Source of the DNA: Heterodontus francisci
Taxonomy: Eukaryota
DNA: 64,000 bases
Direction of reading: 5' to 3'
Assembly: GCF_036365525.1 (NCBI RefSeq)
Contig: NC_090372.1
Span: forward strand, 91,935,754 to 91,999,753
Position numbers and translations under genes: made by a program
The notes under the pieces: generated by a model
What the model was told of the DNA's origin: nothing
The model's database searches: none
The model's input: the letters and a program-made list of their open reading frames with translations, nothing else
Part shown: piece after piece, positions 21,926-35,004 of the stretch
Layout: each line of letters opens with the position of its first letter
How positions within the stretch are numbered: position 1 is the first letter of the stretch

Positions 21926-24864
21926 CTAAAACCTTCTGCACTTCCGGGGTCCGTATCCCTCTATTCCCATCCTATTCATGTATTTGTCAAGATGCCTCTT
22001 AAACATCGCTATCGTAGCTGCTTCCACCACCTCCCCCGGCAGCAAGTTCCAGGCACTCACCACCCTCTGTGTAAAAAACTTGCCTCTCACATCTCCTCTA
22101 AACATTGCCCCTCGCACCTTAAACCTATGTCCCCTAGTAACTGACTCTTCCACCCAGGGAAAAAGCTTCTGACTATCCACTCTGTCCATGCCACTCATAA
22201 CTTTGTAAACTTCTATCAGGTCACCCCTCCACCTCTGTCGTTCCAGTGAAAACAATCCGAGTTTATACAACCTCTCCTCATAGCTAATACCTCCAGACCA
22301 AGCAACATCCTGGTAAACCTCTTCTGTACCCTCTCCAAAGCCTCCACATCCTTCTGGTGGTGTGGCGACCAGAATTGTACACAATATTCCAAGTGTGGCC
22401 TAACTAAGGTTCTGTACAGCTGCAGTATGACTTGCCTATTTTTATACTCTATGCCCTGACCAATGAAGGCAAGCATGCCGTATGCCTTCTTGACTACCTT
22501 ATCCACCTGCATTGCCACTTTCAGTGATCTGTGGACCTGTATGCCTAGATCTCTCTGCCTGTCGATACTCCTAAGGGTTCTGCCATTTACTGGATACTTC
22601 CCACCTGTATTAGACCTTCCAAAATGCATTACCTCACATTTGTCCGGATTAAACTCCATCTGCCATTTCTCCACCCAAGTCTCCAACCGATCTATATCCT
22701 GCTGTATCCTTTGACAATCCTTGTCACTATCTGCAACTCCACCAACCTTTGTGTCATCCGCAAACTTACTAATCAGACCAGCTACATTTTCCTTCAAATC
22801 ATTTATATATACTACAAACAGCAAAGGTCCCAGCACTGTTCCCTGCGGACCACCACTAGTCATAGCCCTCCATTCAGAAAAGCACCCTTCCACTGCTACC
22901 CTCTGTCTTCTATGACCGAGCCAGTTCTGTATCCACCTTGCCAGCTCCCCTCTGATCCCGTGTGACTTCACCTTTTGTACCAGTCTGCCATGAGGGAACT
23001 TATCAAAGGCTTTACTGAAGTCCATGTAGACAACATCCACTGCCCTTCCTTCATCAATCATCTTCGTCACTTCCTCAAAAAACTTGATTAAGTTAGTGAG
23101 ACACGACTTCCCCTTCACAAAACCATGCTGCCTCTCGCTAATAAGTCCATTTGTTTCTAAATGGGAGTAAATCCTATCCCAAGGAACCCTCTCCAATAAT
23201 TTCCCTACCACTGATGTAAGGCTCACCGGCCTGTAATTTCCTGGATTATCCTTGCTATCCTTCTTAAACAAAGGAACAACATTGGCTATTCTCCAGTCCT
23301 CTGGGACCTCACCTGTAGCCAATGAGGATACAAAGATTTCTGTCAAGGCCGCAGCAATTTCCTCCCTTGCCTCCTTCAGTATTCTGGGGTAGATCCCATC
23401 AGGCCCTGGGGACTTATCTACCTTAATGTTTTTCAAGACGCCCAACAGCTCCTCCTTTTTGATAATGACATGACCCAGACTATCTACACTCCCTTCCCTA
23501 GACTCATCATCCACCAAGTCCTTCTCTTTGGTGACTACTGATGCAAAGTACTCATTTACTACCTCACCCATTTCCTCTGGCTCCATGCATAGATTCCCTC
23601 CTCTGTCCTTGAGTGGCCCAACCCTTTCCCTGGCTACCCTCGTGCTCTTTATATACGTATAAAAAGCCTTGGGATTCTCCTTAATCTTGTTTGCCAATGA
23701 CTTTTCATGACCCCTTTTAGCCCTCCTGACTCCTTGCTTAAGTTCCTTCCAACTTTCTTTATATTCCTCAAGGGCTTTGGCTGTTCCCAGCCTTCTAGCC
23801 CTTATGTATGCTTCCTTTTTCTTTTTGTCGAGGCTCACAATATCCCACGTTATCCAAGGTTCCCGAAACTTGCCAAACTTATCCTTCTTCCTCACAGGAA
23901 CATGCCGGTCCTGGATTCTAACCATCTGATGTTTGAAAGACTCCCACATGTCAGATGTTGATTTACCCTCAAACAGCCGCCCCCAATCTAAATTCTTCTG
24001 TTCCTGCCTCATATTGTTATAATTAGCCTTCCCCCAATTTAGCACCTTCACCCGAGGACTACTCTTATCCTTATCCACAAGTACCTTAAAACTTACGGAA
24101 TTATGGTCACTGTTCCCGAAATGCTCCCCTACTGAAACTTCGACCACCTGGCCGGGCTCATTCCCCAATACCAGGTCCAGTACGGCCCCATCCCTAATTG
24201 GATTATCTACATATTGTTTCAAGAAGGCTTCCTGGATGCTCCTTACAAATTCTGCCCCATCTAAGCCCCTAGCACTAAGTGAGTCCCAGTCAATATAGGG
24301 GAAGTTAAAATCACCCACCACAACAACCTTGTTGCTTTTACGTCTTTCCAAAATCTGTCTACATATCTGCTCCTCTATCTCCCGCTGGCTGTTGGGAGGC
24401 CTGTAGTAAGCCCCCAACATCATGACTGCACCCTTCCTATTCCTGAGCTCCACCCATATTGCCTCGCTGCATGATCCCTCTGAGGTGTCCTCCCGCAGTA
24501 CAGCTGTGATATTCTCCGTAACTAGTAATGCAACACCCCCACCCCTTTTACATCCCCCTCTATCCCGCCTGAAGCATCTAAATCCCAGAACGTTTAGCTG
24601 CCAATCCTGTCCTTCCCTCAACCAAGTCTTGTTAATAGCAACAACATCATAGTTCCAAGTACTAATCCAAGCTCTAAGTTCATCTGCCTTACCTGTTATA
24701 CTTCTCGCATTGAAACAAATGCACTTCAGACCACCAGTCCCGATGTGCTCAGCAACATCTCCCTGCCTGCTCTTCCTCTCAGTCTTACTGGCCTTATTCA
24801 CTAGTTCCCCCTCAGTTATATCACTTGCTGACCTACTGCTCTGGTTCCCACCCCCCTGCCACAC
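21926..24864 (-). pseudogene. CR1 ORF2 (APE + RT), one frameshift near 22290
   Basis: CFNARSI, YYRPPNS, VVGDFNFP, LDLVLGN, SDHNSV, YMDFSKAFDK, PQGTVLGP, FADDTK; C-terminus continues in ORF 21926-22384 (RGDLIEVYK, WNLLP). Confidence 0.92.
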
Positions 24865-25788
24865 TAGTTTAAATCCTCCCGAGTGACGCTAGCAAACCTC
24901 GCAGCCAGGATATTAGTGCCCCTCCAGTTTAGATGCAACCCGTCCTTCTTGTACAGGTCCCACCTGTCCCAGAAGAGATCCCAATGATCCAGATATCTGA
25001 AACCCTCCCTCCTACACCAGCTGTTTAGCCATGTGTTTAGCTGCACTATCTTCCTATTTCTAGCCTCACTGGCACGTGGCACAGGGAGTAATCCCGAGAT
25101 TACAACCCTAGAGGTCCTGTTTTTTTAACTTACTACCCTAACTCCTTGAACTTCCCCTGCAGGACCTCGTCACTCTTCCTGCCTATGTCTTTAGTACCAA
25201 TGTGTACCACAACCTCTGGCTGTTCACCCTCCCCCTTCAGAATGCCCCCTGTCTGTTCAGAGACATCTTTGACACTGGCACCAGGGAGGCAACATACCAT
25301 CCTGGAGTCTCTTTCACGTCCACAGAAGCGCCTATCTGTGCCCCTGACTATAGAGTTCCCTATAACTATTGCTCTTCTGCGTTTGTCCCTCCCTGCTGAA
25401 CAACACAGCCAGCCGTGGTGCCACTGCTCTGGCTGCTGCTGTTTTCCCCTGATAGGTCATCCCCCCCAACAGTATCTATAACGGTATACTTGTTAGAGAG
25501 GGGGATAGCCACAGGGGATTCCTGCACTGACTGCCTGTCCCTTTTAGTGGTCACCCATCTATCTGCCTGTACCTTGGGTGTAACCACGTCTCTAAAACTC
25601 CTGTCTATGATGCTTTCTGCCACCTGCATGCTCCTCAGTGCATCCAATTGCTGCTCCAACCGATCCATGCGGTCTGTGAGGAGCTGCAACTGGGTACACT
25701 TCCTGCACATGTAGTTGTCTGGAACGTTGGAAGCGTCACGGACCTCCCACATCTCACAGGTGAAGCACGTTACCCCTCTGACTGACAT
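24864..25788 (-). pseudogene. CR1 ORF1 (CxxC..CxxC, leucine zipper, SGNH/GDSL esterase), frameshifted
   Basis: MSVRGVTCFTCEMW..YMCRKCTQLQLLTDRMDRLEQQL; IVIGNSIVRG; VVVHIGTKDIG; DGLHLNWRG; stop TAG overlaps the ORF2 GTG (TAGTG). Confidence 0.85.
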
Positions 25789-27071
25789 TCCTAGCACTAA
25801 TTAATAAATTAATTGGAAATAAATACTTATTAAATCCCTACTAAATTAAGTTACAATTAACTATATGGTCCCGAGCTCTAGATTTCTGCTATAAATATTA
25901 AATGCTAAATACAGTAATCTCCTCCCTCCGGTTTAGTTACTGCTCTACTTATTAATTAATTAGTTAATTAGGGTTAATTAGTTTATCAATGTTTTATTTT
26001 CAAATTCAGTGCAGATTCCCTACCAGCCAATCAGGTCACAGCTTTCCTGTGACGTCATTTTTTTCAGTTTTTTTCCACCCGAGGTAAGTTCCTCACTGCT
26101 CCGGTACTCCGCCCTCTGAGTCTTCTCCCAACCAATCACCTTGCAGCTCCCCTCTGACATCACTGTTGGCTTTTTATTTTCAAAACTCCGGTGCGCTGGA
26201 AGAGCTCCACTCGCTCCCGGGAGGTAAGAGACTGGGCCTCGATCCTCGGGGTCGATTTATCGGCTCCGCTCTCGGCGTTCTCCCCACAGGTCCGCTCCGT
26301 TCCTCTCCGCTCCGCTCCCGGAAGGTTATTTCATATAAAATTTTTAAGGGGCTTGATAGGGTAGATGCTGGGAGGTTGTTTTCCCTGGTTGGGCTGTCTA
26401 GAACAAGGTGGATATTTAGGACTGAGATGAGGAGAAATTCCTTCACACAAAAAGCTGTGGGTCTTTGGAAAGTTCTACCCCAGGGAGCAGTCAGTGCTCA
26501 ATCATTGACTGCATTCAAGACAGAAATTGATAAAATTTTGGATACTAAGGGAAATTAAGGCATACAAGGATAGTGCAGGAAGGTGGAGTTGAGGTAGAAG
26601 ATCAGCTATGATTGTATTGAATGGTGGAATAGGCTGATGGGCTGAAAGGCCTATTCCTGCTCCTATTTTTTTATGTCCTTATGTTCTTAAAATGAAACAG
26701 GTTGAATGACAGCAAGCTGTGGGAGTATTGAGTTTATCACTGAAACATCAGCATGGAACTTTGTTGCAATCACTGGAAGTGTGGCAGGATAGAATTCCCA
26801 TCACTGATGGCAGTGTGTTGGAACAGAACTATCATCCACCCAATTGTCACAGTGCTGACCCTGCTCATGTTTCTGGGGTCAAGCTAAAATAACTATGTTG
26901 GCTATGTGCTGAAAATGCCTGTAACAGTGGGTCTAGTCTGGAGGATGGGAAATGAGGTGCTGCTGTAAGATTTCAATGTCTGTAGTGGCTTAAGGGACCA
27001 GGCATCAACAAAAAAAGATTTGGTTTGGAAGCAGCATTACAAATTTATCTCTGAGAGGCCACACTCTGAGA

Positions 27072-27226
27072 GAAGTATTTAGATGAGCACTTGAAATGCC
27101 ATAGCATATAAGGCTACGGGCCAAGTGCTGGAAAATGGGATTAGAATAGATAGGTGGTTGATGGCCGACACAGACACAATGGGCTGCAGGGCCTGTTTCT
27201 GTGCTGTATAACTCTATGACTCTATG
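27072..27226 (+). mobile_element. CR1 3' tail fragment
   Basis: GGGCCTGTTTCTGTGCTGTATAACTCTATGACTCTAT; near-identical to 61215-61368. Confidence 0.8.
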
Positions 27227-27239
27227 TAGTCCACAAGGA

Positions 27240-27440
27240 CCCAATATTTTCAGAGTCTGCAGTGGAAGGGCTTGTGACCCAAATGGGGGAGAGGATGGAG
27301 ACCCATTTGGGATTAAATGGAGAAAACACTCACAGAGTAATGCTCAGGCACAGTGGAAGAATGTGGCCAAGTTATTTGGCATCAACTATATGACCTTCAC
27401 ATGAAAATTAAGTGTCATAAATGTCATGATCTTACCAGGT
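27240..27440 (+). pseudogene. Myb/SANT-like relic (old Harbinger)
   Basis: PIFSESAVEGLVTQMGER, frameshift, then ..AQWKNVAK, resembling PRFSD..LE.LV..V..R..W..VA. Confidence 0.45.
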
Positions 27441-27804
27441 AAAGCAATGCTAAAGGAGGCAGTCACAATAAAATACACAGAACTGAGTATATCTGCCTAC
27501 AAACCTGCCTCCTCCCTTGCCTAACACTGTGGAAGTGATTCAAACATTTATCATTCATACACTAAAGGTATATTGGGTGCTTACAGCCTTCACCTGTAAG
27601 TGACCCTTCTCTCCAGTCTTATATGCCAGCACCTTACTTAAAACCTCACATGATATGTAATTCTTTAGCTTGTGCAGATGTCATCACCTCCATCATGGCT
27701 TGCTTGCTAGCATCTAAGCTTTTATTGTATCTCCCAGAAAGCAGAAAGCATTCTCAATTTTTGCATTCATCTTATCGGATTGGTGTATCAGATTCTGCTA
27801 GATT

Positions 27805-29194
27805 AGGGAGAGAGAAAACAGGGAACAACAGACCTGTTAACCTGACATCAGTAGTAGAGAAAATGCTTTAATCTATTATAAAGGATGTGATAACTGGACA
27901 TTTAGAAAATAATGGTAGGATTGGGTAGAGTCAACATGGATTTATGAAGGGGAAATCATGTTTGACAAACCTGTTCGAGTCTTTTAAGGCTCTAACTAGC
28001 AGACTAGATGAGGGGGAAGCAAGGAATGTGGTGTATTTGGAATTTCAGAAGGCTTTCGATAAAGTATTGCACAGGAGATTAGTAAGCAAAATTAGAGCAC
28101 GTAGGATTGGTGGTAATATACTGGCATGGATTGAGAATTGGTTAACGGGCAGAAAACAAGAGAGTAAAAATAAACGGGTCATTGTCAGGTTGGCAGGCTG
28201 TGACTAGTGGGGCACCGCAAGGATCAGCGCTTGGGCCCCAGCTATTCACAATCTATATCAATGATTTGGATGTGAGGACCAAATGTAATATTTCCAAGTT
28301 TGCTGATGACTCAAAACTAGGTGGGAATGTGAGGATGCAAAGAAGCTCCAAGCGGATTTAGAAAGGTTAAGTGAGTGGGCAAGAACATGGCAGATGGAAT
28401 ATAATGTGGAAAAATGTGAAGCTATCCTCTTTGGTAGGAAAAACAGAAATGCAGAGTATTTCCTAAATGGTGACAGATTGGGAAGTGTTGATATCCAAAG
28501 GGACCTTGGCATCCTTGTTCATAAGTCACTGAAAGTGGACATGCAGGTGCAGCAAGCAATTAGGAGGCAAATGGTATGGTGGCCTTTATTGCAAGAGGAT
28601 TTGAGTACAGGAGTAAAGAGGTCTTGCTGCAATTGTATAAAGTTTTGGTGAGACTGCACCTGGAGTATTGTGTACAGTTTTGGTCCCCTTACCTAGAGGG
28701 AGTGCAACGAAGGTTCACTAGATTGATCCCTGAGATGATGGGATTGTCCTGGGAGAAGAGATTGAGGAGACTGCCTATATTCTCTAGAGTTTAGAAGAAT
28801 GAGAGGTGATCTCATTGAAGCATACAAAATTCTTACAGAGCTCGACAAGGTTGATGCAGGAAGGATATTTTCCCTGGCTGGGGGGTGTCTAGAACCAGAG
28901 GACACAGTCTCAATAAGAAGTGGGCCATTTAGGACTGAGATGAGGAGGAATTTCTTCATTCAGAGGTTGGTGAATCTTTGGAATTCTCTACCCCAGAGGC
29001 TGTGGAGGCTCAGTCATTGAATGTATTCAAGACAGCGATTGATAGATTTCTAGATATTAAAGATATCAAAGGATATGGGGATAGTGCAGGAAAATGGAGT
29101 TGAGGTAGAAGATCAGCCATGATCTAGTTGAATGGTGGAGCAGGCTCAAGGGGCCGAATGGCCTACTCCTGCTCCTATTTCCTATGTTCCTATC
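27805..29194 (+). mobile_element. CR1 3' 1.4 kb
   Basis: [44 protein letters not shown], tail CCTACTCCTGCTCCTATTTCCTATG. Confidence 0.88.
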
Positions 29195-30694
29195 TAGGCT
29201 TTGGATTGACAGGATATCAATGTTTTTATTTGCTTACTGTCGCTTTTTATTTTCTACCTGAAATATTTGCAGAAGCTTTTGTATCTGTATATATACCTTC
29301 ATTTATATGTTAGTTACCTTAATTTGTTCATGGAGAAGAATCATTGCTTTTACAAATGTTATAGGACTCAAACATTGCATTTGTGAGACTTACCTTGGAA
29401 TTGGACATTTTCTAAGACCAGGCATTAACTTTAAATTTATGTGAAATTCTTACCATTTTTATTCATCTGATGCCTGTTTGCATTTCACAATAATTAGAGC
29501 ACTCACATTGCTTTTGTCCTTACTATTGAAGTGCTCCAGAACTTGAAACTGGATGCACTTTCTTGACTACAGTAATGGAGAAAAATTGAATTTTATTATA
29601 ACAATACATTGCTCACGCACCAGGTAAACCTTTTATATTGTCATCAGAAATATTTAAGAGGACAGCCTACTGATGTGCTGTGTTATAATTTTATAATGCC
29701 ATCATCAGCAAAGCCAGGAAGATGACAGACTATCATGGGGAGTGGGGTGGAAGATAAAATCAAAAATTGGTGGGAGCACAAACCAGCCACTTGGTTATAC
29801 ACACTGTCAGATGTTCCTTTCCATTGAATTCTTCCTTGCACTTGGCTCAGAGTCAACAGGTACAACACTCAATACCAACCTTAGCTTCAATGGAGAGGAA
29901 AATTGGGTGGGATGTATAATGGGCAGCCAATCCACTATGATTGGTTTTGTGCCCCTACAAAAGCTGAGTTTTACCATTAGACATTCAACATGTCCCATAT
30001 ATTTTTGAGCATGAACTCCAATGAATGTAGCATGAGAGTGCCACAGTTGCATTAATTCTGACATAGATGATGACCAATGGTGGACAAAAATTAAAATAAA
30101 ACAAGCATATTTAAAACTTGGAACTAGATAGCACTAGGACTTTGAGAGTTCGTTATAGGGTTCATTTAAAACTGTTTTCCAAATAATGCAATAACTGCCA
30201 ATCAAAATGGCAGCTGAACATGATTTTTCATGTTTAATTGAAGCATTTGGATCAATCACAATATAATAATGCTGCTTTCACACTTTTCAGGTAGCCAATT
30301 AACTGCTTAATTGGTATTTCTGGTGGAAAATTTCAGCACTGACACAATTTTGTTTGTAAAATCCATACTTAATATAAAATTACAGTGTCTCAGATTGAAA
30401 ACAAGGAACACATACTGAAGATGGGGTAAAAATCCAAATTGGAAAAATAACACCAAAAAGAGTTTGTACAAATGTTTTCAAGGCTAATGTGCTTCTGACT
30501 CATTCAAATCCCACAAGATGCCTTTAAACATATGCCAGATGTCTATGAAAGTAATTAAAACAGTATAAATTCAACGACGCTCTGAAAGTTAAACTGTATT
30601 CACTATTTAAATGTGTTATTGTTTTATTTGTAAGCAATACTATTTTCCAAATCAAGCAATTCCATCACCACTGGAGCAATCAATCTATAGTTAG

Positions 30695-31120
30695 TAAAGA
30701 AATAGCACTTCCATAGCTTTTGGCATGTCTGACAGACATCCCAAAGTGCTGCAGAGCAAATGAATTACTTTTGAAGTGCTGCCACTATTGTTATGCAGGC
30801 AACCATGACAGCTAATTTATACAAAGCAAGGTCCCACAAGTACCAAATGAGGCAAACATCCAAATCTGTTTTGGTGTTGCTGTTTGAAGGATAGGACGCA
30901 AGTATTCTCTGCTCTTCAAATAGTGCCAGGCATCTTTTAGATCAACCTGAACAATCAGATAGGGGCCTTGGTTCACATCTCTTTCAAAGATGACACCTCT
31001 GATATGCAGTACTCCTTCAGTGATGCACTAAAGTATCAGCATAAATTAACTGCTGAAGTAACAGTTCTGCACTTAAACAGACATTCTTATGACTCAGATG
31101 AAAGTGCTACCACTGAGTCA
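30695..31120 (-). mobile_element. Degraded DeuSINE
   Basis: Reverse complement of 19744-20150 motifs (CTCTTCAAATAGTGCC..ATCTTTTAGATC, GCAGTACTCCTTCAGTGATGCAC, AGTGCTACCACTGAG). Confidence 0.65.
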
Positions 31121-31956
31121 ATTTAAGCTGTATCATTGCATTTCAGTATGTCAGTGCAATTGATTTATTTACATATTTTCTGAAACAATTAATAATCTAA
31201 ATTTTACAATGTATCAGGCACATAAAAACCTTGATGCATGCTTAATAAAATATTGCCATTGCATTATTTAAGCTGCATCATGGCATTTTATAAAACACAT
31301 CTAAAATATATACACCACTGTTATATTTTTATTGCACATTATATTTGGATTATTTTTAATAGTAAGCATTAGATGTACTGACTAACCAACATCAGCTGTA
31401 AATGTGAATGCAGGATTCACTTTATATTTTCCAGTCGTGCTCCGCGCCACAGCCAAACCCCTGCCCCAGCCTCCTGAACAATTCTGCAAGACAAGTGCTT
31501 AACAAGGCTCATAACAAGTAAAACTCTTCTATCCACAAGGGACCCTATTAAGCCAGAAAACTCCCACAGAATCTCTCTGATGTAAGTAGCTCTTAGGATG
31601 GTTCCTTAAGGGATATCAGATGCTTTGAAAGTCTGCAGAATGGAATGTATTTTGGAAGGATAAACAGTTGGAGAGAGGGATGGTTTTCTCCTACACCAAC
31701 CTATCACCGAATGGTGAGTCACTCTCACAGCCTTGGCATGCCGCTCTAACAACCCCCTAACCTAAAGACCTGGATTAAGCATTTGATAAGTAACCTTGAC
31801 ATATGGCACTAGACTTGATCATCTGGAATATCACAGTGATTAGAAATACATGCAGAAGGTGTACACATAACGGATAAGGAAACTGAATTGTGGAACGTAC
31901 AACTACTAGAAAGTGTTAGCTGGAGGCAGGATAGGAGAAAATATTCTCACAGACAG

Positions 31957-32690
31957 GGGCTAAATTTTATCAGCCCTTTAGAGACAGGCAAGGAAGCAAG
32001 GCAGTTTGGGGGGGGGGGGGGTGATGGGGAGAGTAGAGTGCTCGTCACCTTTTCAACACCATTGAATTTTGTCAGAAGCGGGAAGGTTGAGGATGGCTTT
32101 CCCGCCCAGACTCCAATTAAGGCTTTAAGTGGCCAATTAATGGCTACTTAAGGGCCTCTTCCTGCCACCGCTGGCATTTAACCAGTGGCGGAGGGGTCCT
32201 CCACCATGCAGCGGGGCTGCCCAGTAAAACTTGGCAGCCTACGTGGGCTGAGGGGGTCATGGCATCCACCTACTTGGTAATCTGTGGTCCCTGGCAAAGG
32301 CTGCTCCCACACCAAGATACCCCCAAACCCTGCCTTCACCAACCTACTCCCCATCCCTCGCTGGAGCCTGCGTGACTGGCCTGGCAAGCCCGCCCTACTT
32401 ACCTTCACCAGACCTCCAGCACTGCTCCTGGTCTTGGGTCTACTGCAGTCCCAGCAGTATCCACCGCTCCCAGTAGCACTGTTGAGAATGCTGAGCTGCC
32501 GTTCCGCTGATTGGCAGGCAGCTTTTGGAGGTGGCACCCCATCCTTAAAGGGACAGTGCCCCAGTGTCGGGCAGTTAACTGCCTGAGCATTGTAAAATGC
32601 AGTCTTGGGTCCCTCAAATGGCCGAGGTGGGGTTCACCTTGCCTTTCTAGCCCAGTGTCGGGACACCACCGCCTGCATAAAATGCAGCCC
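31957..32690. mobile_element. Harbinger-type MITE
   Basis: TIR GGGCTAAATTTTAT (31957-31970) / ATAAAATGCAGCCC (32677-32690); 3-bp flanks CAG/CGG. Confidence 0.75.
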
Positions 32691-33057
32691 CGGGCTTCAT
32701 GTCTACTTTGAATGGGCTGCAGAGAAACTAACTGAAGCTCTGCACATATACCTACACCTGGCAAATCTACTATGTAGTGGGGATAGGAGATGGAGTGGTT
32801 GGGGATGATGGTAGTGTACCTCTGCTGTGGTCAGGAGGATGGTGGCAATGTAAACTTGCATTATATGTTGATTATAATATCTTAAATCAAACATTTAGGG
32901 AGTGGACATTTTCCCTGTGATGGTTTATCACTTTTTACTTCAAGAGTTCATCAGTTTTGAAACCAATTATTTTTTACACTTAATTTTGAATAAACAATTT
33001 CAGCAATGCTGATTAATTCTTGTTTATTTGCACTGTTATGACCAGCTGCAATCATCC

Positions 33058-34657
33058 TAGAATCATAGAAAGTTTGCGACACAGAAGGAGGCCACTTGGC
33101 CCATCGTGTCTGCAAAAAAAGAGCCACCCAACCTAATCCCACTTTCCAGCATTTTGTCCGTAGCTCTACAAGTTACGGCACTTCAGGTGCACATCCTGTC
33201 ACCTTTTAAATGAGATGAGATTTTCTGCCTCTACCATCCTTTCAGGCAGTGAGTTCCAGACCCTCTACCTTCTGGATGAAAAAATATTTCCTCATCTCTC
33301 CTCTAATCCTTCTACCAATCACTTAAAATCTATGACCCCTAGTTACTGACCTCTTTGCTAAGGTAAATAAGCCCTATACCTCCACTCTATCCAGGCCCCT
33401 CACAATTTTGTACATCTCAATCAAATCTCCCCTCAGCCTTCTCTGTTCCAAGCAGAACAACCCAGCATATCCAATCTTTCCTCATAGCTGCAATTTTCCA
33501 GTCCTGGCAACATCCCCGTAAATCTCCTCTGTATCTTCTCTAGTGCAATTACCTGCTTTCTGTCTGTAACCTTCAAGGCTACAGACCAGGTGCTGGAAGA
33601 TGGGATTAGATTAGGTGGCTAGTTTTATCAGCCAGCAGAGACACGATAGGCTGAATGGCCTCCTTCTGTGTCATAACCTTGCTATGATTCTATGATTCTT
33701 TTCTAGGTGGCCAGAACTACACACAGTACTCAAGTTGTGGCCTAACTAATGTTTTATATAGTTCCAGCACAACCTCCCTGCTCTTGTATTCTATACCTCG
33801 GCTAATAAAGGAAAGGATTCCATATGCCTTCTTAACCACCTTATTGACCTGTCCTGCTACCTTCAGGGATCTGTGGACATTCACTCCAAGGTCCCTCACT
33901 TCCTCTGCACCTCTCAATATCCTCCAATTTATTGTGTATTCCTTTGCCTTGTTTGACCTCCCCAAATGCATCACCTCACACTTTTCTGGGTTAAATTCCA
34001 TTTGCCACTTTTCTGCCCACCTGACCAGTCTATGGATATCTTCCTGCAGCCTACAGCTATCCTCCTCGCTAGCAACCATGCAGCCAATGTTTGTGTCATC
34101 TGCAAACTTCTTGATCATTCTGCCTACGTTTACATCCAAATCATTAATACATACCACAAAAAGCAGGGGACTTAGCACTGAGCCCTGCAAACCCCACTGG
34201 AAACAGACTTCCAGTTGCAAAAACACCTGTCAACAATTATCCTTTGTTCCCTGCCACTGAGTTAATTTTGTATCCACCTTGCTACATTCCCCTGGATCCC
34301 ATGGGCTTTTCTTTTGAACCAGTCTTCCACATAGGACCTTGTCAAAAGCCTTGCTAAAATCCATGTAGACTACATCAACTGCATGACTCTCATCAATCCT
34401 CCTTGTTACTTCCTCAAAAAATTCCATCAAGTTAGTCAGACGCGATCTTCCTTTAACAAATCCATGCTGACTATCCTTGATTAATCTATGCCTTTCTAAG
34501 TGACAATTTATCCTGTCTCTCAGAATTGATTCCAATAATTTTCCCACGACCAAGGTTAGACTGACTAGCCTGTAATTATTCGGTCTATCCCTTTCTCCCT
34601 TTTTAAACAAAGGTTCATTATTAGCAGACCTCCAATCCTCTGGCACCACACCTGTAT
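33058..34657 (-). mobile_element. CR1 3' 1.6 kb with a nested plus-strand CR1 tail (~33565-33700)
   Basis: VPEDWR, YMDFSKAFDKV, LQGSVLSP, FADDT, RPQLEYCV; opposite-strand tail GGCTGAATGGCCTCCTTCTGTG..CTATGATTCTATGATTCT. Confidence 0.88.
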
Positions 34658-35004
34658 CCTACCACATTAAAAACTAAGTCTATATAATTAAAAGCATATA
34701 CTGCATAAGATTAGCAAACTAAATTCCCACAACAGCCACTTCTTGCCCCAGTAAAATGTCCCTGCTGTACAGCTTTCAAGTGGGCTGGTATTGTTCTGGA
34801 AACACAAGTTCTACGATCATCATGCAAAAGCCCAATTCCTATTTAAATGGCTGTGAAACACTTAGTGATGTGCTTAGGACTTGAAATATGCTATATAAAA
34901 CAGGTTCCTTATTTTCATTAACAACAACAAAAATTGCTGGAAATACTAAGCAGGTCAGACAGCATCTGTGGAGAGAAAAACAGAGTTAACGTTTCAGGTC
35001 TGTG

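Larger units (their letters stand above)
21852..26322 (-). mobile_element. Near full-length CR1 LINE (5' UTR, ORF1, ORF2, 3' tail)
   Basis: GC-rich 5' end near 26322; ORF1 with zinc finger/coiled coil/SGNH esterase; ORF2 open for ~860 codons; tail GGGCCGAATGGCCTGTTCCTGTGCTGTACTGTTCTTTGTT. No TSD found. Confidence 0.92.
20555..26688 (+). mobile_element. Old CR1 RT/3' region in three pieces (20555-20760, 21450-21851, 26326-26688)
   Basis: GVPQGSVL, FADDTK, RDLGVLL, RPHLE, RGDL|..YKIFKGLDRVD, CCTATTCCTGCTCCTA tail; pieces rejoin across the MITE and the full-length CR1. Confidence 0.75.

Noticed and set aside
29394-29566. Minus-strand splice-like signals suggesting small exons
   Set aside because: No recognisable protein, one implied intron is only ~42 nt, and it lies beyond the STK31 stop; unsupported without RNA data.
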